Positions 11,121 to 20,504 of a DNA stretch of 64,000 bases are shown in pieces. Positions within the stretch are counted from its first letter, which is position 1. Every line of letters starts with the position of its first letter. The notes under the pieces are model-generated. The model saw only the letters and a list, made by a program, of their open reading frames with translations, was not told the origin of the DNA and did no database searches. The translations under genes were made by a program, and so were the position numbers. Location: NCBI GenBank assembly GCA_963750165.1, contig CAVVPN010000004.1, positions 768,001-832,000 on the forward strand, in the 5' to 3' direction. This DNA is from an uncultured Gemmataceae bacterium (GTDB taxonomy: Bacteria; Planctomycetota; Planctomycetia; Gemmatales; Gemmataceae).

Positions 11121-13130
11121 CTAATGCCGCCCAGCACGGGCGTGTTCACGGGTGACAGCACACTGCCGCGCGTCCCACACCAGGGCGGTGCCATCCCGGC
11201 CGCCCGAAACCACGCGACCGCCATCGCCGCTGACCGCCACGCCGGTGACCGCATCCGTGTGGCCGCGGAGCGTGAGCCGTTCCTGACCCGTCCCGACATC
11301 CCAGACGCGCACCGTGCGGTCGCGGCCGCCGGAGACAATGCACCGGCCATCCGCGCTGACCGCGACGCTGTACACCGGGCCGACGTGTCCGCGGAGCACC
11401 AGCTGTTGCTGACCCGTGTCCGCGTCCCAGAAACGCACCGTGCCGTCAAAGCTGGCGCTCACGACCCGGCAACCGTCCGCGCTGAGCGCCACGCCGAACA
11501 CCAGGTCCGTGTGCCCCTGCAAGCAGCGCTGCTCCTGCCCCGTCGCGGCGTCCCACACCTTCACCTTCCAGCCGCTCACCGAGACGGCGCGGCGGCCGTC
11601 GCCGCTGACCGCCACGGCCGAGACGGCGCCCATCTGATCCGGCAGGGCACGGGCTTCCTTGCCGGCCGTGCCGTCCCACACCCGGAGCGCCAGGTCTGCC
11701 CCGCCGGACACGATGCGGCCGCCATCGCCATTGACCGCCGCCGCCAGGACCGGCGCGGTGTGCCCGGCCAGCGTCCACCGCTCCCGCCGCGTTTGCGTGT
11801 CCCACACCTTGACGGTCTGGTCATCGGCCGCCGACACCAGCCAGCGGCCATCGCCACTGAGCGCCACCGCATGAACCGGCTCTTTGTGTCCCGCGAAGGT
11901 GCCGAGTTCCTGGCCCGTCACCGCGTCCCACACCTTCACCGTGCCGTCCTCGCCGGCCGAGAAGACGCGCTGACCGTCACCGCTCAGGGCCACGCCGAGG
12001 ACTGCCCGCGGATGGCCCACGAGGGCCACGCACTTGCCGCGGCACTGCGCACACAGCCGGTTCACCTCGTCCGCCGGCTCGTCGGAGCGGGCCGCGTCGT
12101 GCAGCAGGGCGGCGGCGCGCACCAGGTCGTTCTCGGCCAGCGCCCGCTGAGCCTGCTCCAGTCGGTCGGCCGACCGGACTTCCGCGACCTGCTCCGACCG
12201 CGGTGGCGGTGCCGGCGGCGGCGCCGCTCCCTGCTCCAGCGGCACGGTGACGGTCAGCCCGACCGCCAGCAGTCCCCCGGCCGCCAGCACTGTCGCTGCG
12301 GTCACCGCCAGCGGCCGCCGGCCGCGCTCGGATGCGCCCGTGGCCCGACGGAACGGGTGGAAGAACTGGCCCAGAAAGTCCTCCGGGAAATCAGGGTCGC
12401 CATTGCCGAAGTGCTCCGGCAGCTGGCCCGGCGGCATGTAAAAGGTGCCGAAGAGCACGTCGAGGATAGGGAAGGTCGAGGCGAAATTCTTGTCGAGGCC
12501 CGCCTCCTCGGTGGTATGGTGCCAGCGATGGAACACGGGGCTGGCCAGGAGGTAGCGGAACGGCCCGAACGTCCAGTTGAGGTTGGCGTGAACCAGCGCC
12601 GAAAAGACGAGGTTGAACGGGGCCATGACGACCAGCGCCGCCGGCGAGAAGCCCAGCAGCAGGACCGCCACGTCCGCGACGCAGAACGCCAGCAGGTCGT
12701 TGACAACATGGAAGCGCTGCGTGGCGGTCCAGTCCAGCACCCGCGGCGAATGGTGGACCGCATGGAACTTCCACGCCAAACGGCTGTGGAAACCGCGATG
12801 AATCCAGTACAGCAAGATGTCCTGCAGCACCAGGACGAGCACGCACTGTTGCCAGAGCGGCAGGCCGCGCACCGGCAGCAGTTGCGCGCCGTGGCCGCCG
12901 AACAGCAGGGCCATGCCGGCGACCAGCATCAACGTGCGGCCGATGCGCAGGAAGAGCGGCACGATCAGCCAGTACAGCACATCGGTGGCGGTGCCGCGGA
13001 GGTTCTTCCACCAGTACATGGCGGGGTTGCCGGGCGTCAGGTGCGCCAGCGCGCAGGAGGCAACGGCCAGTCCCGCCAGCCAGCCCAGTTGCCGCAACCA
13101 GAAATCGCCGACGATGGTCAGCCAGTCCAT
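11121..13130 (-). CDS. Sterol desaturase/fatty acid hydroxylase domain fused to a C-terminal WD40 beta-propeller
   Basis: GGAGG SD; His boxes YWIHRGFH, FHAVHH, VHAN and FHRWHH; a TM helix followed by about 7 GH...WD repeats. Confidence 0.9.
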   Translation of the reverse strand: MDWLTIVGDFWLRQLGWLAGLAVASCALAHLTPGNPAMYWWKNLRGTATDVLYWLIVPLFLRIGRTLMLVAGMALLFGGHGAQLLPVRGLPLWQQCVLVLVLQDILLYWIHRGFHSRLAWKFHAVHHSPRVLDWTATQRFHVVNDLLAFCVADVAVLLLGFSPAALVVMAPFNLVFSALVHANLNWTFGPFRYLLASPVFHRWHHTTEEAGLDKNFASTFPILDVLFGTFYMPPGQLPEHFGNGDPDFPEDFLGQFFHPFRRATGASERGRRPLAVTAATVLAAGGLLAVGLTVTVPLEQGAAPPPAPPPRSEQVAEVRSADRLEQAQRALAENDLVRAAALLHDAARSDEPADEVNRLCAQCRGKCVALVGHPRAVLGVALSGDGQRVFSAGEDGTVKVWDAVTGQELGTFAGHKEPVHAVALSGDGRWLVSAADDQTVKVWDTQTRRERWTLAGHTAPVLAAAVNGDGGRIVSGGADLALRVWDGTAGKEARALPDQMGAVSAVAVSGDGRRAVSVSGWKVKVWDAATGQEQRCLQGHTDLVFGVALSADGCRVVSASFDGTVRFWDADTGQQQLVLRGHVGPVYSVAVSADGRCIVSGGRDRTVRVWDVGTGQERLTLRGHTDAVTGVAVSGDGGRVVSGGRDGTALVWDARQCAVTREHARAGRH

Positions 13131-13340
13131 GAGTCGCCTCCGGGAACGGGGGAAGGGGCCTGCGCGTTCGCGGCGGCGGGCTTTTAGCAAACGGCGCCGC
13201 GACCGGGAAGGCCAACCAGGCAGACCGCAATCGGCATTGACGCGGCCCCGAAAAATGGGCAAGGAGGTAACCCTTGGCCCGGCACTGGCCCGGCCCCTAC
13301 CATGACAGAGGGACGCCCCGATTTCTTCAGGAGACCGACC

Positions 13341-13913
13341 ATGCACAGGTGGATAGGAATCGCTGGTTGCGGTGTGCTGGCGCTGGTGCTGTGCCAGGCG
13401 CCTGCGCTGCCGCAGGAGCAGAAGCAGAGCGACGTCACCTTGAAGGTGGTCAAGTACGACGAACTGTGTGATGTCATCACGAAGCACCGCGGCAAGGTGA
13501 TCGTGGTCGATTTCTTCACCGACCTTTGCATCCCGTGCAAGAAGGCGTTTCCGCACATCGTCGAGATGAGCGGCAAGTACGCCGACAAGGGGCTGGTGAC
13601 GATCTCGGTGAGCCTCGACCCGTGGGGCCCCGAGGGCTTCCAGAAGGAGATGGCGGCGGACGTGTTGAGTTATCTGAAACGGCAGAACGCCCGGATGACC
13701 AACCTGATGCTAAACGAGAAGGGGGACTTCATCCAGGAGCGGCTGCGCATCAAGACGGTGCCGTTCATCTACGTCTTCGACCGCCAGGGCCGCTGGACCG
13801 CCTTCGACGGCGACCGCCTTGGCAAGCACAAGCAGGAATTCAAGGACGGCAAAACTCATTATTTCAAGTACACCGAGGTCGAGGGCCTCGTGCAGAAGTT
13901 GCTGGAAAAGTAA
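13341..13913 (+). CDS. Exported TlpA-like thioredoxin-fold protein
   Basis: AGGAG SD; signal peptide; GKVIVVDFF..CIPC. Confidence 0.85.
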   Translation: MHRWIGIAGCGVLALVLCQAPALPQEQKQSDVTLKVVKYDELCDVITKHRGKVIVVDFFTDLCIPCKKAFPHIVEMSGKYADKGLVTISVSLDPWGPEGFQKEMAADVLSYLKRQNARMTNLMLNEKGDFIQERLRIKTVPFIYVFDRQGRWTAFDGDRLGKHKQEFKDGKTHYFKYTEVEGLVQKLLEK

Positions 13914-13918
13914 AAATA

Positions 13919-13978
13919 ATTGCAAATTGCAAAATGAAAGACAGCAAGGTTTCTGTCTTTCATTTTGCAATTTGCAAT
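13919..13978. repeat. Inverted repeat built from ATTGCAA 7-mers
   Basis: ATTGCAAATTGCAAAATGAAAGACAG...CTGTCTTTCATTTTGCAATTTGCAAT; same family as 39337-39527. Confidence 0.85.
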
Positions 13979-13989
13979 CGGAGGTGAGC

Positions 13990-14310
13990 ATGGTCCTGCT
14001 CGAATTCAGCATGTCGCCACTGGGCCAGGGCGAGAGCGTGGCGCCGTATGTGGCCCGCTGTCTGGAGGTGGTCGCGGCCAGCGGGCTGGAGTACCAGCTG
14101 CACGCGATGGGCACGCTCCTGGAGGGCGAATGGGACGAGGTGTTCGCGGTGGTGCGGCGCTGCTACGAAGCGCTGCGGCCGGACTGTGACCGCATCACGT
14201 GCAGCATCAAGGTGGACTACCGCAAGGGCCCCGCCGGCCGGCTGCGCAGCAAGGTGGCGCACGTGCAGGCGCTGGTGAAGCAACCATTGCAGACGGAGGT
14301 GCCATCCTGA
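13990..14310 (+). CDS. MTH1187/YkoF-like thiamine-binding protein
   Basis: GGAGGT SD; EFSMSPLG, YQLHAMGTLLEGEWDEV and IKVDYR motifs. Confidence 0.9.
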   Translation: MVLLEFSMSPLGQGESVAPYVARCLEVVAASGLEYQLHAMGTLLEGEWDEVFAVVRRCYEALRPDCDRITCSIKVDYRKGPAGRLRSKVAHVQALVKQPLQTEVPS

Positions 14311-14786
14311 ACGAGCCGCAAAAATCACTGGCGGCCGCACTGGGGCGGATCCCGAGCGGCCTGTTCATTCTGACGGCGCGGCAGGGCGAGTCCGAGACGG
14401 GCATGCTGGCCAGCTGGGTGCAGCAGTGCTCGTTCAAGCCGCCGCTGCTCACGTTCTGCGTGCAGCCGGGCCGCGACATCGCGGTGCTGCTGCAACCGGG
14501 CGTCGCCTTCACGCTCAACATTCTGGACGACACGCAGACGGACATGATTGTGCATTTCGGCAAGGGCTTCGCGCTGAACGAGCCGGCGTTCACGGGGCTG
14601 GACGTGGAGCGCTCGGCGGAGTGGCCGCCGGTGCTGACGGACGCGCTGGCGTGTCTACACGGCAAGGTGCTGAGCCGGCACGCCACGGGCGACCACGATC
14701 TGCTGATCGGCGAGGTGCTGGACGGCCGCATGCTCGGCGAGGGCCAGCCGATGGTCCACGTGCGCAAGAGTGGGATGCATTACTGA
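14307..14786 (+). CDS. Flavin reductase family protein
   Basis: ALGRIPSGLFILT, SWVQQCSFKPP and GDHDLLIGEV motifs; probable CTG start overlapping the upstream TGA. Confidence 0.85.
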   Translation: MNEPQKSLAAALGRIPSGLFILTARQGESETGMLASWVQQCSFKPPLLTFCVQPGRDIAVLLQPGVAFTLNILDDTQTDMIVHFGKGFALNEPAFTGLDVERSAEWPPVLTDALACLHGKVLSRHATGDHDLLIGEVLDGRMLGEGQPMVHVRKSGMHY

Positions 14787-14893
14787 TAGTCATTAGTCAT
14801 TAGTCATTAGTCATTAGTCATTAGTCATTAGTTTCCAGGGTTCCTGCCCCTGGCTATAACCCTGGAAACTAATGACTAATGACTAATGACTAA
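14787..14893. repeat. STRR-like (TTAGTCA)n tandem repeats in inverted orientation around a hairpin
   Basis: About 6 TAGTCAT units, then TTTCCAGGGTT...AACCCTGGAAA, then about 3 ACTAATG units. Confidence 0.9.
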
Positions 14894-15335
14894 CGCGGAG
14901 CGTTGCATGTTCTGCCACGAGTGCAAACAGGCGGCGGTGGGCGTGTGCCGGAGCTGCGGGCTGGCGTTCTGTGGCGGTCACGGCGCCGACTATTGCAAGG
15001 TGTGCGCGGTTGGCATCGTGCCGGCGGGCGCGACGGGACCGCGGCGCGTGCAGACCGCCTTCCTGCAGTGCGAAAACCGGCCGCGCATGCCGACTGTCTA
15101 CCTCGACGACGAGGATCCGGGGCCGCCCTCGTGCTACCGCTGCGAGGGCCTGGCGCGGACGGTGTGCGAGCACTGCGATCAACTCTACTGCGCCGAGCAC
15201 GCCGGCCGCCGCGGCTGGTGCGACCTGTGTACCAGGCAGGCGTGGGCCAGCCTGAAACTCACGCTCGGCGTCCTGGCCTGCATTGTCGCGGTGTTCGTGG
15301 TGATGTTCCTGCTGTCGCTGCTGCCGAGGAAGTGA
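14886..15335 (+). CDS. Membrane-anchored protein with two B-box-like Zn fingers
   Basis: Two Cx2C-x7-Cx2C-x4-Cx2H-x(4-6)-Cx2C units and a C-terminal TM helix. Confidence 0.75.
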   Translation: MTNAERCMFCHECKQAAVGVCRSCGLAFCGGHGADYCKVCAVGIVPAGATGPRRVQTAFLQCENRPRMPTVYLDDEDPGPPSCYRCEGLARTVCEHCDQLYCAEHAGRRGWCDLCTRQAWASLKLTLGVLACIVAVFVVMFLLSLLPRK

Positions 15336-15371
15336 CAACGACGAGCGCTTCCAATAAAAAGACCAATCACG

Positions 15372-15761
15372 AAAGCACGAAAGGACGAAAACACGAAAAA
15401 AGACAGAAAATGGATTAAGAGGTGGGACGTGCTCCGTAGAAAACCTGGTCGAGCGGCGCGGCGTCAGCCCGCCGGTGCTGCGTCAGACCAGGCACAGGAC
15501 CGGCGGGCTGACGCCGCGCCGCTCGCCTAGAGCGGTTCGCGTTTGGGTAGCGCACAAGTCGTGGGACGGCTCTCCAGAGCCGTCAGCGTTCTCCCGACGG
15601 CTCTGGAGAACCGTCCCACGACTTGTAGTCCACGCGACTGGGAACCGCTCTAACTCAACTGATTCCGAGGTTTTCTACGAAGCAGGTGGGACGCCATTTT
15701 GAGGATGGGTCAGGCCGGTCCACTTTTTTGTCTTTTTTCGTGTTTTCGTCCTTTCGTGCTT
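15372..15761. repeat. Nested composite repeat: (CACGAAA)-type outer IR enclosing a palindrome (15451-15525) and a TAGAGCGGTTC-shell MITE (15527-15652)
   Basis: Outer arms 15372-15414 and 15719-15761 are imperfectly complementary; the inner inverted repeats are directly visible. Confidence 0.8.
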
Positions 15762-15769
15762 CAATTTAT

Positions 15770-16021
15770 ATGTTCCAGCGCATCCTCGGCGGCCTGCCGC
15801 TGGGCCCCTGGTTCCTGCTCGGCTGGCTGGCGCTGGGCACGCTGACGCTGGTCTTCAGCATGATCGTCGCCAGCCGGCTGCACGGCGGCATCGATTTCGG
15901 CTCCCCCGCTCAGGTTATCCCGCGCGGCGCCGCCCTGCTCGCGGTCACCACCGCCCTCAACCTCTTCGAGTGCGGCCTCTTCCTCGCCGGCCCCGTCTGG
16001 TTCTTCGGAATGAAGCGTTGA
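15770..16021 (+). CDS. Small membrane protein, C-terminally shorter paralog of 22224-22577 (possibly truncated)
   Basis: Shares the SM...S...GG(I/V)(D/E)FG...VI and GLFL..PVW..G pattern. Confidence 0.6.
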   Translation: MFQRILGGLPLGPWFLLGWLALGTLTLVFSMIVASRLHGGIDFGSPAQVIPRGAALLAVTTALNLFECGLFLAGPVWFFGMKR

Positions 16022-16130
16022 CCATCGGTCAGTCGATCCGCACGGGTTGACACTGTCCCGTTCTTTGATATTAATATATAAGTCATCGTTGATCGCGACC
16101 ATCCGCCCACCCTCTCCAGCGTCGCGAGTT

Positions 16131-16160
16131 CGCTCACCATCGCTCACCATCGCTCACCAT
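16131..16160. repeat. (CGCTCACCAT)x3 tandem repeat in the leader of the sulfotransferase gene
   Basis: Three exact 10-mers downstream of a TTGACA...TATTAA promoter-like AT-rich patch at 16047-16080. Confidence 0.7.
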
Positions 16161-16258
16161 CCCAGGATCGGGGATGCGTAAACTCGGCTGAACCCGTTTT
16201 CGGGTTTTCCAGCGTTTCGCCTGGATTTCCTGCCCCAGCTGCACGGGCAAGGTATACC

Positions 16259-18112
16259 ATGCACACGACTGCCGTCGATGCGTTCGCGCTCGCGACTCGG
16301 TATCACGCTGCGGGACAGCTCGCGCTGGCCGAGCCGTTTTACCAGGCCGTCCTCGCCATAGAACCGAACCACCCCGAGGTCCTGCTCCGGCTCGGGGTGA
16401 TCGCCCTGCAGCAGGGCAACCCAGCCCTCGCCCGCGACTACCTCCGCCGGGCCGTCGCCGGCGACGGCGCCACCGCGGTCATCTGGAACAACCTGGGCGT
16501 CGCCTACACCACCGTTGGCGACGGTCGCGACGCCGTGGCCGCTTACGAGCAGGCGCTGCGGCTCCGGCCGGACTACGCCGAGGCGTACAACAACCTGGGC
16601 GTCGCCTGGCTGCACCTTGGGGACCCGAAGCGGGCCGCGGGCTGCTGCGAACAGGCCATCCGCTACCTGCCTGCTTACCCCGAGGCATACGACAATCTGG
16701 GGACCGCGCTCAAAAATCAGGGGCGATTGGCAGAGGCGGTCGCCGCTCACGAGCAAGCGCTGCGGCTCAAACCGGACTTCGCCACGGCCGTCAATAACCT
16801 GGGGATGGCCCTGCACGGACAGGGTGACCTGGAACGGGCCATGAGTTGCTACCGAGAGTCTCTGCGCCTCCACCCGGGGCATGCCGACGCCTCGAACAAC
16901 CTTGCGACCGCCCTGAAAGAGCTGGGGCTCCTCGACGAGGCCATCGCCCAGTATCGCGAGACGCTGCGGCTCCAGCCGGAGCACGCCCTGGCCTGCTTCA
17001 ACCTCAGCCAGTTCGTCGCCGAGGGGTGGTATCACTTCGACCGCGCCGTGCTCGACCGGATCGAAGCCCACGCGGCCGGGCAGGGGCCCGCGCTGGAGCG
17101 CAGCCTGTTCTGTTTCACGCTGGCGGGGGTGCTCGACCGCGAGGGCCGCATCGACGAGGCGTTCGGGTACTACCGGCAAGCCAATGACCTGCGGCGCGGT
17201 CTCCTGCAGGAGCGCGGCCAGGCCTTTGACCCCCACAGACATCGGGCTGCTGTGGACCGGATCATCGCCGCCTTTGACCGGACGTACTTTCAGCGGGTGC
17301 AGGCGTGGGGCACGGACACCGAACTGCCCGTCTTCGTGATCGGCATGCCGCGCTCGGGCAGCAGCCTCGTCGAACAAATCCTCGCCAGTCACCCGGAGGT
17401 GTTCGGCGCCGGCGAGTTAGGCGAGCTGCCGCGGCTCACGGCCCGGCTGGCGAAGGCGGCCGGCATGCCCGACGCCCCGCCCACTCCCCTGGCCTTGCCC
17501 GACGCCGCCACGTCTCGGGAACTGGCGGCCACGTACCTCCGCCACCTAACCCGGATCGGCGGGAACGCTTCACGAGTGACCGTCAAGACCCTTGAGAATT
17601 TCCTGTTCCTCGGCGTGATTGCCACGCTGTTCCCGCGCGCGCGTGTCATCCACTGCCGGCGCGACTCCCGCGACATCGGCCTGTCCTGCTATTTCCAGAA
17701 CTTTCAACACCTGGATTTCACCTGGTCCCTGGAAAACATTGGGGCCTACTACCGCGAGTACGAGCGGCTCATGGCCCACTGGCGCCAGGTCTTGCCGCTG
17801 ACGATTCACGAGGTGCGTTACGAGGATCTCGTTCGCCGCCAGGAGGCCGTGTCGCGCGACCTGCTCGCTTACTGCGGCCTGGACTGGGACGAGCGCTGTC
17901 TGAGCTTTTACGAGCATCGCCGGGCAGTACTGACGGCGAGCACGCTGCAGGTGCGCAAGCCGATCTCGACGAAGTCGATCGGCCGCTGGCAGCGCTACCG
18001 TGCTCACCTGGGCCCGCTGCTCAACGCCCTTGGCCAGTGCGGGATCGAGGCGCCGCCTCCGGAGAACGCCGGTGCGAGCCAGGACGCATTGTCAGGCGTC
18101 CCCACCCGCTGA
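16259..18112 (+). CDS. TPR-repeat sulfotransferase
   Basis: About 7 TPRs (YNNLG); PAPS-binding motif FVIGMPRSGSSLVEQILASHP; IHCRRD and VRYEDL. Confidence 0.92.
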   Translation: MHTTAVDAFALATRYHAAGQLALAEPFYQAVLAIEPNHPEVLLRLGVIALQQGNPALARDYLRRAVAGDGATAVIWNNLGVAYTTVGDGRDAVAAYEQALRLRPDYAEAYNNLGVAWLHLGDPKRAAGCCEQAIRYLPAYPEAYDNLGTALKNQGRLAEAVAAHEQALRLKPDFATAVNNLGMALHGQGDLERAMSCYRESLRLHPGHADASNNLATALKELGLLDEAIAQYRETLRLQPEHALACFNLSQFVAEGWYHFDRAVLDRIEAHAAGQGPALERSLFCFTLAGVLDREGRIDEAFGYYRQANDLRRGLLQERGQAFDPHRHRAAVDRIIAAFDRTYFQRVQAWGTDTELPVFVIGMPRSGSSLVEQILASHPEVFGAGELGELPRLTARLAKAAGMPDAPPTPLALPDAATSRELAATYLRHLTRIGGNASRVTVKTLENFLFLGVIATLFPRARVIHCRRDSRDIGLSCYFQNFQHLDFTWSLENIGAYYREYERLMAHWRQVLPLTIHEVRYEDLVRRQEAVSRDLLAYCGLDWDERCLSFYEHRRAVLTASTLQVRKPISTKSIGRWQRYRAHLGPLLNALGQCGIEAPPPENAGASQDALSGVPTR

Positions 18113-18282
18113 ACTGCGGGAGAGGGATTTTGGGTTGCGCGCCGTCACCGCAGCAGCGCTGCCTCAACCGCGAGCCCCGGCCCGAACCCAGGCGCCCCGC
18201 ACGGCCGCGCTCCCTGCTGTCGGCGCAAGCTCTTGACAACTACCGCCCCCTGCCCTTCGTCTTCCGGGCCTCTTTTTCCGGC

Positions 18283-18641
18283 TTAGCGCGGTTCACACTT
18301 GGTTTGCGCACAGCCTGTGGGACGGCTCTCCAGAGCCGTCCTTGGCTCGGAGACGGCTCTGGAGAGCCGTCCTACGGGGCGTGATCCACGCGGCTGTGAA
18401 CCGCTCTCGAGCGCGTTGCGTTCGGGTGTGGCGGGTTCTTCGCCCCGAAGGGGCGGGACAACTTAGCCCAGGGCAACGCCCTGGGGACGCTACAAGCGTT
18501 GTTGTGGTGCCCCTTCAGGGCACGGAAGAAAGCAGGGTAACAGTCGCCTCCCTGGTTCCCAGGGCGTTGCCCTGGGCTAAGTTGTCCCGCCCCTTCGGGG
18601 CGAAAGACACGACCGCTACAGTCGTCTGCGAACCGCGCTAG
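18283..18641. mobile_element. Two tandem non-autonomous MITE-like elements carrying REP cores
   Basis: 18283-18410 is near identical to 60239-60364; 18410-18641 carries inverted CGCCCCGAAGGGGCGGGACAACTTAGCCCAGGGCAACGCCCTGGG arms and ends GAACCGCGCTAG. Confidence 0.75.
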
Positions 18642-18735
18642 CCTGGGCCGCCGCCTGCGGTGGAATTCTTCATAACAAAGATGCTCCGGTAGACTGAAAA
18701 ATCCTGCTGACGCTGATGTTCTTGCCCTGACGCGC

Positions 18736-20382
18736 TCAGTCGCCCAGCGCGTCCAGAGCCTGGCGGATGGCGTCGTCGTTGCGATGCTGGATCAGCAGGG
18801 TGAGCAGCAGGGCGCGGGCGCCAGATGGGTCACCGGTCAGCCCCAGATAGACGGCCTGGTTGAGGCCCCAGTCGCGCTGCCGACGGGAGTCCCGCCCGGC
18901 CAGCGGTTCGGCCCACGCGAGCAGCATGCCGGCCTCCTCCAGGGCCGCGGCGTCCTTGCCCGTACGCAACAGCAGCGCCGCGCTGGCCACCAGCGCCAGG
19001 AAATGCTCAGGGTTGCGCTCCAGCGCCAGCCGCAGTTGTTCTGCCGCCTTCGCGTCCTCTTTATTGTTGTAATGGGCCTTGGCCAGGGCCAACCGCGCAG
19101 CGGCGCTATCACAGTGGTTCAGCCGCTCCTCCAGAACGGCCATCCCGTCCGCTTCGCGGTCGGACGTGAAGAGCACCGCGGTCAGCACGTCCCAGGCGGC
19201 TTCCAGGGTCGGGTCCAACGCCACGGCCCGCCGCAACAGCGGGACCACAGTCAGCGGATCCTCGGCGGTCAGGCTCCGCATACAGCCCAGCATCAGCGCG
19301 GCGCGGGCGGCCAGCTTGCGGTCGTCACTCCGGGTCAGCCGTTCCAGCCGGGCACTGCCCTCGTCCACCCGGGAGCGGATTTCCGGCGGGAGAGCGCTGA
19401 GCGTCGGCCGGTCCTTCTGGGGGGCGCCGCGCTCGCAACAGAAGGCGATGACTTCCGTTTGAACCAGCATGCCCTGGGTCAGGTAGTCGTCCGGGAGCAG
19501 CTGGGCCAGGCGGTACAGTTCAGCCCGCGGCGCTGGGGTGAACATGGCAGCCGCCCGGCAGTCGGGCACCCGGACGGACTGCCGCGTCGCGGCGAGCATG
19601 GCAGCCGTCGTGCTGTCGGGCTCCAGGTGGAGCAAGCTGTGGGGCACCGCGGCGATCACCCGCTGGCCGAAGATCGCGCCCTGGCAGACGCCGATCCGGC
19701 GCCGGGCCACCTCCGGCTCCTGCGGGGCCAGGGTCAGGGCCCTGTCCCAGCAGGCGCGGGCCTCGCGCAAGCAGGCAGCGGCCTCCGCTAGCGACAGCGG
19801 GGCCTTCGCGGCCAGCACGAACTGACCGCCTTCCTTCACTGGCTCGCCGTTCTCCTCCTTGAGCAGCAGCCGCACTGCCTTGCCGGGCAAGTAGCCGGCC
19901 AGGTCCAGCTGGCACCGCCAGTCCGCGGGGGCCAGCTCCACCGCCCGGCGGTACAACGCCTCGGCTTCGTCGTCGCGATCCAGGCCACACAGGGACTCCG
20001 CTAACCCCGCCAGGGCTCGGACCTGATCCGGCTCCCGCGCCAGTTGCTGACGGAACAGGTCCGCCGCGAGTTCAAAACAGCGGCGCGACTCCGGCCTGTT
20101 TTCCCGGAGGTCGAACAGGGAGCCCAACTTCAGGTAGCGAGGGGCGTCACTGTCATCCCCGAGCAACTGGTTCTGGAGGCGCGGGACCTCCGCGGCGAGC
20201 TGCTCCTCCCGGTCGTCCGAGGTGGTCTGCTTCAGTTGGCCGTCGAACCAGCCCAGTTGGTAGTCCGCCAAGAACGCGGGAAAATACGCCGCCGCGCGCA
20301 GCCTGTCCGGATCGACCGCCCGAACGGCGCTGGTGCTGCACAGGACGGCGACCAGTCCGCAAACCATCCATCGCGCCGGCAT
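18736..20382 (-). CDS. Exported TPR-repeat protein, paralog 1
   Basis: GGGAGG SD; signal peptide MPARW...; TPR-like helices; C-terminus LNQAVYLGLTG shared with paralog 2. Confidence 0.8.
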   Translation of the reverse strand: MPARWMVCGLVAVLCSTSAVRAVDPDRLRAAAYFPAFLADYQLGWFDGQLKQTTSDDREEQLAAEVPRLQNQLLGDDSDAPRYLKLGSLFDLRENRPESRRCFELAADLFRQQLAREPDQVRALAGLAESLCGLDRDDEAEALYRRAVELAPADWRCQLDLAGYLPGKAVRLLLKEENGEPVKEGGQFVLAAKAPLSLAEAAACLREARACWDRALTLAPQEPEVARRRIGVCQGAIFGQRVIAAVPHSLLHLEPDSTTAAMLAATRQSVRVPDCRAAAMFTPAPRAELYRLAQLLPDDYLTQGMLVQTEVIAFCCERGAPQKDRPTLSALPPEIRSRVDEGSARLERLTRSDDRKLAARAALMLGCMRSLTAEDPLTVVPLLRRAVALDPTLEAAWDVLTAVLFTSDREADGMAVLEERLNHCDSAAARLALAKAHYNNKEDAKAAEQLRLALERNPEHFLALVASAALLLRTGKDAAALEEAGMLLAWAEPLAGRDSRRQRDWGLNQAVYLGLTGDPSGARALLLTLLIQHRNDDAIRQALDALGD

Positions 20383-20504
20383 GAGCAAACCCTCCCTGGG
20401 CGTCGCGGTCAGCCCCGCCACCTTGGACGGCGGCTACCGCGACGAGCGAACCTCGTAGCAAATTGGACCGATGGCGAAAGGCCAACCGCGGCGCTGCCAC
20501 GAAC

